From NCBI GenBank assembly GCA_013239625.1, contig MU053881.1:6781957-6845956 (forward strand): a stretch of 64,000 nt of DNA. Direction: 5' to 3'. Position numbers and translations under genes: made by a program. The notes below the pieces were generated by a model. The model was not told the DNA's origin and made no database searches. It was given only the letters and a program-made list of their open reading frames with translations. Positions 12,480 through 24,324 of the stretch are shown here, one piece after another (the first letter of the stretch is position 1; the number at the start of each line of letters is the position of its first letter). This stretch comes from Lama guanicoe. Its lineage: Eukaryota.

Positions 12480-12823
12480 TGTTAAGAACTAATAAACAGA
12501 AACTTCAGTTAAATAATTGGGGGACCAGAAAGGGGAGCTCTCATGTCCTGTGATGCTAGCAGAGCCCAACAGGAAAAATGAAGGCTCCTCTTCTTTCCTG
12601 GCAAGGATCAGCCAGTGGAAAGCCATGAACTCCTTGTTTATTATAGCCCTCCCAACTTCCTTTCCCCTCTATAAAAACACTTTCCTTCCTTGCTGTGGGG
12701 GACCTTGGCATGAGGCTCAACACGGTTGCAGACCAAGACCCCAAATTGCAATTCTCTGCTGATCCTGAATAAACCCATCTTTGCTGGAGAAATATTTGAC
12801 AGTCTATTTGATTTAGGTCAACA
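12480..12823 (+). mobile_element. Solo LTR, probably ERV1 class
   Basis: TGTT...AACA inverted termini, ctataaaa TATA box near 12669, AATAAA near 12768; 344 bp; no clean TSD seen. Confidence 0.7.
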
Positions 12824-13859
12824 TTCTATTGCAAATATTAATTTACAAATCTCTGAAGATGTGAACTCTGAGGACAGAGCTGTGTTGGATTCATCTCTAT
12901 CTCTCCAGTGCCTGCAGGGAGCCTTCACATGGCAGCACTCAAATACGTTTGTTCAATGAATGAACAGTGACCAATAGCCACTAATGACTCTAAATCAAGC
13001 TACTAGGTAAATAGTTAAGAGCCAGCCCATGAAACATACATCTTTCGAAGGTGGTTATATCTTAGGCTTACAAAAAGAAATATTTACTTTCTGGTAGGTA
13101 TAAAATCCCTAAGTAGATTTACAGGTTCTGGTAATATATAGGAAATGTCTGCATCTCTAAGCCCAAGGGAGTTCCATTTATAATAAAATATTTTGCATTT
13201 CAAAACTGTCTTTGTGTTTTGTAATTTATGTTGAGCATTACTTCTAGGACGTGATGAGAATATTGTCATTATTTTTTTGAATCTGAGAAATTTGAGACTT
13301 TGCTATATAGTAAGGAGTGATGTGTTAAATTGTGGGATAAAATTCTTTTCCCTGAAAATGGATTTCCAAAGGTAGAGGTCAGCAGAAACAGTTTATTTTA
13401 TTTATAAAATTTGCTCTCCAATCAAAATTTCAGGCTAGTAACCATTTCAATGAGTCATATCACTGCCCCAAGACTGTAACATAGAAACAAGTCATTACTA
13501 AAAGGTTGAATTACAAAGTGTCTATTTTTTAAAGCAAAACAAGAATCTTTTCTATTCATTGTTTATCAACCATATGCCTTTAACTAATTAGTCATGGTGG
13601 GGGGGAGTAAAAACCTAGACTGGAACAGGAAAGAAGTCCGCCATCTAATGTATGACACTATGACAATTCTGTCACAATGTAGAGAAACGGAATCTATTTC
13701 TCCCGGGACTGACAGGGCAGCTCTGACACTTGCTACTTCATCATCTGTTATTGTAATTCACCAGAGATATGAGCATCTAAAAATTTGGAGCTGCAAATTA
13801 GAAACAAGTTTAAACCAAAACAAGCCCCATAATAATAATCATGAAATTATTCCCTTGAC

Positions 13860-14070
13860 CCCAGAAAGCATGGACTACATGCCACCCTTAAACCTATCAT
13901 TGAGGTAAGGGTGATACTGGATCATGCAGAATTTTATCCTGAGCTGGATGGAGGGTCAGATTTCTTGGGGTGGGGGATGAATTCCTCATCAAAATTGGAT
14001 CTTCCAGCAACGAAGTAGTGGGAAAAGGAAGGAGGAAACGAAAGTGGGGTAGATAATCAGTGTCTGCTCC
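13860..14070 (-). mobile_element. Old MaLR LTR fragment (MLT1-like)
   Basis: catgccacccttaaacctatcattgagg...aaaattggatcttccagcaa...gggtagataatcagtgtctgctcca. Confidence 0.5.
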
Positions 14071-14499
14071 AGCATTCTTTTAGGGCCCTTGAAACTCTGC
14101 AGATAAGAATTCCCCAAGGGGACCCTTGCCCCAGTGGTGTTAGGAGAAGCATCCACAACAGGAAGATATTTTGAGACTTCTTGTAACTTGTAACTTGGTG
14201 ACTCCTTTTGTTTTGTTATTTTTATCTCCTCTGTTTCCTTGTCTTACCAGCAGTGAGAACCCTTCACTTAGAAAAACCTAAGAAAAGCTGCCTGCTCATT
14301 CCTGGGACAGCAGTGTGGGCGTCTGCTTCTCTGGGTCTGAGACGGGGATCGGGCAGAGACCCTCCTCTTCCGGACCAGAAGTGAGCAGACCGGCTGGTGA
14401 TAGCACATACAAACAGCATGTAGCCTGGTGCCAGGCACACAGTAGGTGGTCAAGGTGAGGTGGGGATGAATGAGCGGAAATGGACATGATACAGAGGGA

Positions 14500-14740
14500 A
14501 GCAGAGCAGTGGAGGAGAAAGGCTTTGGCGTCGATCAGAGCTGGGTTTGTCTCCCAGCACCGCTATTAAGTGGCTGTGTGACCTTTGGTAAATCAGTTAT
14601 GCTCTCTGAGCCTCCGTTTCTTCATCAGCAAAGTGGAGATAATACCACTGACCCCAGAGGAGTCTTGTGACAATCAGAAATGATGTATATAAAGCATACA
14701 GCAGGACGGAGCCTGGTACATAGTAGGTGTCTCATGAATG
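14500..14740 (+). mobile_element. MIR SINE, near full length
   Basis: ggctgtgtgacctttggtaaatcagttatgctctctgagcctccgtttcttcatc...gcctggtacatagtaggtgtctca. Confidence 0.85.
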
Positions 14741-15119
14741 GAAGTTGACTTCTTGCCTTCTAGATCCATGCACTGTAATTATTTTCAAAATCAATGTGCC
14801 GTGTCCTACCCTGGGTCAGGACACCAATATCACCCTGTCTCCTTGCTCACCCCCTGATGTGGGGCTGGGGGCAGAAAATCAGCAAAGGTGCCAGGACCAT
14901 GTTGCCATCATGGGATTTGTGGATGAAGTGACAAGAGTGGCATCCATCTCACTTGTGAGCATCGCAGATGTGCTCCCACCCCAACACCAAGCCGTCAGGG
15001 TTCCTGGTGCTCAGCTGAAGCTCTGCATTTCCCTTGACTTTAGGGTGATATCGCCCTGGTTGTAAAAATTCCTGGTCCCTCCCTGACCTCCCCCAGGGCG
15101 TTGACCTCATCCGTAGGAA

Positions 15120-15340
15120 GGTGGACTCTGGAGTCAGCCAGAGTTCAGATCCGGCTCCACCATCAACTAGCTCAGCACAGTGCTTTTGCTTCCTTGTGTT
15201 TCTGTTTTCTCATCTGTCAAATAGGGACAACCCTAGCACTAACCATGTAATTCTACTAATAATTAGAGCAGCTGTGAAAATTTAGCAAACTTGTGCACAT
15301 AAAAGACTGGAATATACAAAGCACTTAATAAATGTCAGCT
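15120..15340 (+). mobile_element. MIR SINE
   Basis: ggactctggagtcag...tctgttttctcatctgtcaaataggg...aagcacttaataaatgtcagct. Confidence 0.75.
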
Positions 15341-15489
15341 GTCACTGTGGCTGCTGGGGACCTACAATTTCACCCCATCCCTTCCCCAGGCAAGCTGACG
15401 CCCAGGCCAGCCAGTGGGAGCAGTTGCCACCATGGGCAGCTCCTACACCTGCAGCTCTGCCTCCATCAGCCTGCTAGGGAGACCTCTCC

Positions 15490-15650
15490 TTCTGTGATCT
15501 CGCATCTGACTCTCACAGTAGCTCTGAAACTAGTCCCATTTTGCAGATGAGAAAGCCAAGGCCCAGAGAGATTGTATATCTTCCTGGAGATCTACCTGGT
15601 CGTCTGAGGCAGAAGCAGGACTTCGTCCTCGGTCTCTGGACTCCACTTTT
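15490..15650 (-). mobile_element. MIR SINE fragment
   Basis: cccattttgcagatgagaaagccaaggcccagagag is the antisense MIR core. Confidence 0.7.
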
Positions 15651-17129
15651 GGGGCTCTTTCCACCCCCCACCCCCCGGGATATAAAGAGTAAAGGCTGTG
15701 TTGGTGGAGAAAGGGTCAGGGACTCGCTCCCCCGACCCCTGCGCCTGTGGGAACCTGAAAGGGCTCTGACACTTCCCGCCCCATAGCCTCTTCTCCTCCC
15801 ACCTGGCTGCCAGGAGGCCTCCAACAAAGAAGTGAAAAATGAGCCACTAAATGTATTATGACTTGTGAGGCTGTCTTAATAATTAAGTTTTATTAAAATG
15901 AACACCAAGAATTTTCCTGACACGGCCTGCCTGGCAGAGCTCATCAGAAGGTGATAAATGAGTGGGTTCTCGGGAAGGAAATGTCTAGAGGAGGAAGCAG
16001 GGACACAGAGAGAGGCCTCGGGTGGAGGGGCGGGAGGAAGGAGGAAGGAGGTAGGGGCATCCTTGCCCTGATGGGGCAGGGCCAAGCCCGCTGCACTCCG
16101 GCTCTGGCCAGGACTCCAGCCCAGGCTGTGGGAGGACTTGCAACGTGGCGTGGTGAGTGGCGCCTCCTCGTCAGAACAGACTTCAAAGCCCAGGGGGGCC
16201 ACTGCTAACTGAGGTCGCTTGTCTCTCTGAGACTCCCTCCTGGGTTTCCCTTCCTACGCTGTAAAAAAAAAGGGAGGGATACGGGTAAACCACTCTCATC
16301 TCTAAAGGGAGCTGCCGTCCCCTGTGTGAAAATTGGCTAACTCTTCTGCAGACATTTACCAAGGTACTCACCACACTGTGGTTGCCTCTGGAAAGGGCAC
16401 TGGGACTGGGGGGATGGGGTCACTTCAAGCACTTCTGTTATCTGGCTCTTCTACAAAATGCAGGTATTGCTTTTACACAGAAAACCAATGAATACCTCCA
16501 GCCCACGTACATCCCAGAGCACTGAGGCCTGAGGGTCAGTGCAAGGTGGAGGGCACAAGTCAACCCAGACCTGGCTCCTGCTCTGGGGAAGCCCACGGGG
16601 GTCTGGGGCGGCAGGGGGTGCGGTGGGAGCGTGGGTTTAGAGGGACGATGGGACGTCACTTGTGATGTGCGTGCACTAGGGGCTGAAGCAGAGTGAAACC
16701 CAGGTGAGCAGCGCAGAGAGGAGCCTCAGGTTCCTCTGGGTAAGGCACATCTGAGCTGAGTTTTGAAGACTTGGGCTGTTTAGTGGAAGGAAAAAGAAGG
16801 GCCCAAGTGGAAGTTCAGAGGCAGGAACAACTGCTGGGAAGCCACAGACTTGCAGCTCGTTCTGTACAGAGGAGGATACCTCTCCTCTGGGCTCTTCAGT
16901 TTCTGCACGAGGATGTCAATTTTACTATCTGCTTGGCTGGAAACTCTGCTCTCAATCAACAGCCCAGAGTAATGGCATTCTGGACCTCGCCAGAAAAGAG
17001 AGTCCGTTACCCCCATTTCTTATTAAGAAAGAAAGAGAGAAGCCCTGCGGAAGGAGTTGTTATTTATGGGGATTGAGTACAAGACATCTGTGCCCTGGAA
17101 GAGTCAAAACTTTATCCTTGAATCAAGTC

Positions 17130-17520
17130 AGGCCATCAGAAAACTTGTACCCAAGGAAAGAGAGACCAATGGAACAAAATGGAAAGGCCAGAAATAAACC
17201 TTGACGCAAATGGGAGTTCAGGGCTTGATCAAGATGGCTTTGCGATTCAGAGAGGAAAAGGGATGCTGATGGGGCATTTGGAATAAAACAAAGTTGGAGC
17301 CTCACACCTCATACCCAAACATGGATCAGACATTTACATGTAACAAAAAAAAAAAAAGAGACTACAAAATATACAAAGAAAACATGGACAACTTTTTATA
17401 AAATCACTCAAAAAAGCACATCGATCTCAAAAGCTGCAAAAGATCGCCCCATTTGATTACAGAAACGTTAAAATGTTTATATGTCAAAAGTAACGTTCAA
17501 AAAGTCAAAGGAAAAAAGAT
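17130..17520 (+). mobile_element. Old L1 ORF2 fragment (L1M)
   Basis: gaccaatggaacaaaatggaaaggccagaaataaacc, cctcacacctcataccc...atggatcagacatttacatgtaa; degenerate, no open frame. Confidence 0.65.
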
Positions 17521-17524
17521 TGCA

Positions 17525-18660
17525 TGGGAAAGAGATTGTCAATGGGGAGCAGCTAAAGGGTTTGAAGCAAAGGATTATTATGGAATGGGGGATGAGCTGG
17601 CATAGTTGGCTTTATATTTTGAAAAAAAAAACTCTCTGGCCTTAGTGGGCTCATAGAACGATGGGGAGAGGAAGTTGGTGGGGGGATCTGCGAGAAGCCT
17701 GCTGCAACAGGCCAGACAAGAAGCAATAGCGCTTAAAGTAGGCTGGGTGTGTGGAAGTCTACATGGGGGCTTGGTGGATCCCTGCATGAGGGCTCGGTAC
17801 AGGAGCGGGAGTGTGAAGGATGACTTCTGGTTTCCAGCCTCACATAACTGGGCGGTGCTGGTACCATCCACGGAGACAGCAAAGACAAGAAAGGGCAGAA
17901 CTGGTTGGGGGCAGGGGTTGTGCATGTTTTATTAGGCTTGAGATACCTTTGAGCAGGGCCAGCTTCGTGGTGCACGACTTATCACATAGGGACCCACACT
18001 TGGTTTAATGCTTTTCTATCACCATCTTGAAATCCTTAATAACTTTTTTAAACTAGGGGACCTGCATTTTCATTTGGCACTGGCCCAACCAATTCGGAGC
18101 CAGTCCTGCCTTTGCCATCTAAGACCAGGCGATGTTTAATCAGCTGTCTAGATCTACTGAGAGTTGAGAGGAGGCTTCTGGGCTGGACATATATAAATGT
18201 GTGGGTCGTCTGCATATAGGTGGGGACGGAAGCCCTGGGCAGAGAGGTGATTGCTTCAGAGCAAGGTTTAGGATGACAAGAGGATATGTAAGGCCTGAGT
18301 TTTGAGGAACCTGTGGATATAATGTCTCAGTAGGAGAGGAGGTAAGAATAGGAGGTGATGGAGGGTCAGGAGGAGGTGATGGAGGGTCAGGAGGAGGCGG
18401 GAGAATATGGGAAGCCCAGGGAGGGAGAAGAAAGAGCAAATCCTCAAAAGCTGCAGATCAGGACACAGGAGAGGCCTCTCTGGTGGATTTGGTAACACAG
18501 ATGCCATCAGCCTCTCAGCTAAGTGCCTTTTTTGTGCAATGAGGGAGTTTGTAGAGTGATTAGGGGAGGAAGCAGAGACAATGAGAGCACCCACTCTGGA
18601 GAGATATTTGGCCACGACCTGGAGAAGACAGATAAAGCCACATCCTTATAAAGGGGTGAG
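17525..18660 (-). mobile_element. L2 fragment interrupted by MER45A
   Basis: caatggggagcagctaaagggtttgaagc..., gtgtgaaggatgacttctggtttccagc, gaggaggcttctgggctggacatatataaatgtgtgggtcgtc. Confidence 0.7.
17954..18108 (+). mobile_element. MER45A (hAT-Tip100) DNA transposon
   Basis: cagggccagcttc...cttggtttaatgc...tcttgaaatccttaataac...gcattttcatttggcactggccc...gccagtcctg; 8-bp TSD remnant cctttgag / cctttgcc (6/8). Confidence 0.85.
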
Positions 18661-19599
18661 GAGCGAAGGGAGCAATTCTTATCTTTATGGGATGTTTCTA
18701 CATGTTTCTAAGATACATTGTTAAACAAGAAAGCAGTCCAGGATATTAGATAGAATAAACCTCTTTGGGTAAAAACTGGTAGAGGGGGTCGTAGGGGAGA
18801 TTGGAGAGGGCAAAGAAAAGTTCCAGAATGATACAAAAGAAACTAGTAAAGATGGTTACATGTGGGATGGGCCCAGGGACCTCACCTGTTCCCTTATATA
18901 TTGGTTGAATTTTTTAATCATAATCATATTTTTTAATAATAAAAAACTATTAGTTTGATACCCTCAAGGGGAGCTCTTGGGCACGGAACATATTGCTCAA
19001 ATATTTCATTGGTTTTTTAAAATTAATATTCAATTTATTAAAGTTATGAATTCATACAGATCCAAGCTCTTCTATAAGCTTTAAGGTTCAGTTTATCAGT
19101 TTTATTATTTATTTATAAGTCTAGCAAATTTTAACAATCACTTTTAGGGGGACCTTTGAGAAATGTTTTTTTTTTCTCATTTACAAATGTGTTTAATTAA
19201 ATTGCTCTAAACATTGCAAACTGCATTTATAGGTTTCATACATTTGAATCTCTTAAGTACTTCAAATGTCCACAAACCAAAACAACAGCTATAAATCTAA
19301 TTCACTAAACTTATAAATATGGCAAAGCTTATTTTGTTTAATAAGTTCCAATACTCGCTGAAATTTAGGAGGCTTTCAACTTAAAATCTGAATTCTAAAT
19401 CAATTGCTCAATTAAGCATTTTATATTAGAATTGAAAAGTTTATCCGTGACTCTAAAAGGTCACATTTTTTTAAAAAAAAAATTACAAGTCTGTAAACAC
19501 GACTTATTTCAAAGAACAAATATTTTAATGCAAAGAGCTGGATTCTCCTCTACATTTCTGTACTTAATTCTAAATTTTCCCAGTATTAAAAGATGCTCA

Positions 19600-19800
19600 G
19601 CTAGCTGTAGGCTGAAGCTCCTAGCTGACTGCAAAACCCTTCCAGAGCGTAGAGTTGGACTGTACTTCCCAGCCTCCCTTGCGGTTTGGGACGACCACGT
19701 GACTGAGTTCTAACCAATTTGAATATAAGAGAAAATCAGCTAAACACCTTCCAGGTCTGGCCCATCAAAACCTTCCCCCATGTGTATTCCTGCCCATATG
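19600..19800 (+). mobile_element. ERVL-type LTR fragment (LTR16/MLT1-like)
   Basis: cttcccagcctcccttgcggtttgggacgaccacgtgactgagttctaaccaat...cttccaggtctggcccatcaaaacc. Confidence 0.6.
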
Positions 19801-20329
19801 GACACATTCCCCTAAGAAGTGCAAATTGGCTCTTTTTTTTTTTTTGTCTTTTGCTGTCTCCCTTGTTCACAAGACTGTGAAAACATGGATTTATGCTCAA
19901 GATCACTTCGTCTGAGAACCTGACTCCCTAAGGTAAGTTGAGAACAGCCCACACCAGCATGTCTCAGTTAATCTCTCCTCACTTTGGTGACTTTCGTTTT
20001 GCACTTTACACCCTTCTGAATTGTTTTTTAATATACATTTTCAGTATGAGCACGAATTACCTTTTTACAAGAAAAACCATGGAACTTTAAAACTTAATGC
20101 TGTCTGAATTCTGAAGCAGCAGCACTCACTGAATTGTGTTTGAGGATTATGCTGCTGGCTTCCATCACTTCATGAAAGCTATCGCCGCACGTGCACATGG
20201 TTGTCTCCCATCCTTCCCTGTCTCCCTAATCCTCTCCCACTTCTGCGACTGCTGCTCTAAGATGCTAATTACCCTTCTTCTCAGTATTTTCTCAAATACA
20301 TTCTTCTCCATCTTTGTGACTTAAATTAA

Positions 20330-22100
20330 TCCAAGTTGTCCTCTCAGTAACCACTTCAACTGTGGCTCAGAGCTATGGTCCTGCCGCTGTCACCTTCCTC
20401 ATTCTGAGAAGATGCCTTCCTAGTTTGGACCAGGCAGGGGCTCTCACTCTGCTCCCTGCCTCTGCCCCTGCCTCTCCTTCCTTCTTGTGAAGAGTGTAGG
20501 AGCTGTCCCTCCTCCCAGTGAAGGCCCAAACCTTTGTTTTGCTATGATCCTTGCACTTTCTTAAGTGCCCGATATTCATCGTTCATCATTCATTCATTTT
20601 CTGCTCTCTGGCCTATTGTATTCCACAGTACTTTCTCCACTTGGATAATTCCCAGTAGCATTTTAAACATGTTCAAGTCTACCACCAAAAAAAAAAAAAA
20701 GAATAAATGAAAGAATGTTGACTCCATTGCCCGGTTAGCTACCTTCCTCTGTATCTCTTCCAGGTCACAGCCAAACCGCCCTCAGGAGTTGTCTGCACGG
20801 GGTATCTACATTTCCTCATCTTCATCCATCCCTTAGCTCACTCCGTCCGGCTCTGCGCCATCACTCCACCAAAGCTCTCTCCCCAGGTTTACCCAGGACA
20901 TCCATGTCACCACACACACAGTGGCTGTATCTCTGTCTTGTTTTACGCAACTGCTCACTAACGTTTGACTCAAGCTTGTCTTTATTCAGAGCATTGACTC
21001 TCTTCCTTTCCACGACATCGTCCTTGTCTGATTTTCATCTGCCTTTCCTGGCCGCTCCTGCTCTGCTTCCAGTATCGGATCTCGTTAAGACCTGGTGACT
21101 CCTCTCACCCTCGACTCTCTCCCTGGGCAGTTTCATCTCTTCTTTTGATTTCAGTTCCATCTCTTTGCAGATGACTCGCAGGTTTATGTCTTCACTCCAA
21201 ACCCGTCCTCTAAGCTCCAGCCCTACATATCCACCTTCTGACTGAGCAAATCCCTTAGATCTATATCCTAGCTTGAACTCACGCCCCGTCCTCTGTGATT
21301 ACAGCCTCCTCTTGGGTGTCCTCACTCAGGGGACAACACCATTGTTCATCCTGCTATGCAAGCAAGATCTGGCTATCATTCTTGGCACTGCATTCTCTCT
21401 TCCGCCCCATCCGTTGTCTGTCACCATGTCCTGTTCATTTTTAACTCATAAATCTCTCTTAACCTTTCCCACTTGTCTCCCTATCTCCAGTTGAACCACC
21501 CTAGTCACAGCTGGGATTCCTTGCTGGACCACCGCAAGCGAGAGCCTCTCACGGGTCTCCCACGTCTGTCCTGCACATCTCATCACTTGTCCTCCAAAGC
21601 ACAACCCACAGAATGCCAGGCTTGTCACTCCACCCATCCCTTCTAAAACCCTTCAGTGGCTAAACGTGACTTTTAGGGTAAAAATCTAAAATTCATAGTG
21701 TGACCTGCCTGATTCTCCTGTTATTTCCTCTGACTCCTCATGCCCCAGAGAAACTGGTCTTCTTTCAGTGGCAGGAATGGGTCATCTCTGTCTCCTTCTC
21801 AGGATCTTGCACATGTTCTGCGATGCTCTCTCGATCGGCTCTCACACCTGCCTAACTATCAGATTTCTATCATGTCTCAGATCCCAGTTACAAAAGCCTT
21901 CTCTGCCCTCCAGTCCAGGAGTCAAAGCAGTATCTCCATTTCTAGTTATGCATGTATTAATGTGCTGATTTGATCAATCTGTCTCTTCCAGTGCACACTA
22001 AGCTCCTTGAGGCCAAGAACGATTTATTTCTTGTTACTTCAGCATCCCCAGAACCTAGCACAGTGCTGGGTACAGAGCTCAAGGCGTTGTTGTCGAATGG
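20330..22100 (+). mobile_element. Long L2 fragment with 3' end
   Basis: C/T-rich L2 ORF2-like text (gcagatgactcgcaggtttatgtc, ctaagctccag), ending aagctccttgaggccaag...cctagcacagtgctgggtacagagctc. Confidence 0.8.
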
Positions 22101-23409
22101 AAAATTCTGTGGAGGCTTAAATTCCTCCACGTCCTTTGATGTCCCTGGATGAACAAATTTCTTTGAGAAATAAGGGCTTGGAGAAAGCCCTTTCCTCTGA
22201 AAAACTGATATATGAGAAGGAAGCAAGGGAAGGGGGGGGAAGGAGAGGAGGAGACTAGTTGGGGTAGGTTATAGACTCAAGCCAGAGGCAGGCTGTTTTC
22301 TCCCCCAGGAATTTGCAAAATCATGTTCACATTCTAATGAGAATTAATGGGTGTGTAGGAGCTACAGAGAGGGCTTGTCACACAGAAAAATGTCATCCTC
22401 TGTCCTTCTCCCACGTAGCTGGAGCTCAGCTGGCTCTGGGTGGCTGCTTCTCTCTCCACTGCCCAGCATGTGTCACAGAGATCACTCCTGTGGCTTGGCA
22501 GTTGGAAATCACCAGAGGGGCGGGGTGTGTGTACAGAGCACTCCTGGCACAGAGGTGGCGGCAGAGGTGACTCAAAGATGGGAGCCCTGGGGCTTGCCTC
22601 CTGCCAGCCTGGGTACCCTCACCCACACCAGCGGGACAGAAACAAGAAAGGAGACTTTCCTGCGTGACACCCCCAGAAATGTGGATCCAGGGTGACTGAA
22701 TGGGGTCCCTGCAGGCAGGCAGGGCTGAGATGGACACCACTCCATGGCCCCTTTGGCAGTTAGGCTTCCATGACTCCCAAAACTTGCAGGCTGCCTGTCT
22801 GCAGGTCTTCCGTTAGAGAAACTTAGGAGTGGCATGGGTGGTGGCTAAGAGCACGATAGGGCTTTGCACTCAGGGCGGACACGAGTGTGCACTCCCGTGT
22901 GTGGCTTCCCAGCTCTCTGACTTCGGACAACTCCCTAAATTTCTTTGAGCCTGGGTCCTGCCCCTGATATACCAAGACAGCGATTGGAGCTGACCGCATC
23001 ACTGTGAGGTTTTGCGGTGATAAATGACACTGTGCTCAGCGCGATGTCTACCACATTAATGGATGTTGTCTCTTCCTGAAAATCAGGCTGCCCGTTCCCT
23101 GTTTCTCACGCTGTCTTCTTCTCCTTGACCTCCTGCCTCGAGGGTTTGCAAAGCTATTTTCTGCATCATCTCTTTTCTTCACTCTTTCAGGCTGACCTCC
23201 ATGCTATCCTCTCCCCTCTTCTGCCTTGGAACACTCCCAGACTAAAGCTTATCACAAATTCCTATCATATATTAGGAAGAGAACAGATTTCAGAGCCAGA
23301 CAGACCTAGTTGTAAATTCTGTACCTTCCACTGCCTAGCTCAGAGACCCGGGACAAGTGACAACTTTCTGAGCCTCCACTTCCTTGTCTCTACAATGGGT
23401 ATAATAAGA

Positions 23410-24300
23410 TCTGTTGAGGAAGGGCATTCCAGGCAGAGGGAGTAGCATGGACTGAGACACAGAAGTGGGAATGCAGGAAACGGTAGGACAGCTGTTGTGG
23501 TTGAATGAGGTGGAGTGAAGAGAGTGAGTGACCATGTGGGGGTGGCTGGGTGGGGTAAGTCCGGCAGGCGAAGCAGGAGCATGACAAATTGAACTTTATC
23601 TTGAGATCAAGGAGGAGTAAGGGAGTGATGCAGTCTGATCTAGTCCAACCATTCAACAGATGTTTACTGAGTCCCTGCTATGTGCCAGGTATTTGAGGTA
23701 AATCAGTGAACAAAACAGACTTTAAAATTCCTTCTTGTGTGGAGGTTATATCCTGGTAGAAGGAGATAGATTCAATAAGTAAATAAGTTAAGGGGAATAT
23801 TGAAAGAAGTAAGTGCTATGAGAAAGATATAAATGGAGCAAGAATAAAGAAATTGGGAGCTCCTGGGGTGGGATGGGGGAGACAGTACAAGTTAACATTT
23901 TCAATGATGCCCTCAGGGTGAGGCCTCAGGGTGAGAAGTTGACTTTTGAGAAAATACTTCAAAGAATAAGGGAGCGAGGCACATAGGTATTTGGGGAAGT
24001 GGTGGTCCAGGTAGAGGGAAGAGCTGATGCAAATGTCCTGAGGCAGGAACATGCCTGGTGTGTGGGAGGAAGAGCAAGGTGTGTGGGGAGAAGAGGTCAG
24101 AGGTAAAAGGGCCAGATCGTGCATCACCATTGCAATGACGCTGTCTTTGAGGTAAAATGGAGAGGGATTGGAGGCTTTGGAACAGACAAGGGGCATGATC
24201 TGCTTTATTTCTTCATTCCTCTATGTTTTAATCGTGCTGGTGCGTCTAAAAAGGAGATTGAGGTGGGCTGCTGAAGGCAGGGTGATCAATGGGGGATTCT
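23410..24300 (-). mobile_element. L2 fragments
   Basis: ggaagggcattccaggcagaggg; cattcaacagatgtttactgagtccctgctatgtgccagg; gcaaatgtcctgaggcaggaacatgcctgg. Confidence 0.8.
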
Positions 24301-24324
24301 AGGGTTAGCTAATATATGTTTTTA

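Noticed and set aside
15120..15650. Inverted MIR pair as a hairpin or miRNA precursor
   Set aside because: The copies are highly diverged, and opposite-strand neighbours are expected at this MIR density.
16597..16635. G-quadruplex-forming G-runs
   Set aside because: The pattern is present but common in GC-rich mammalian DNA, with no functional context.
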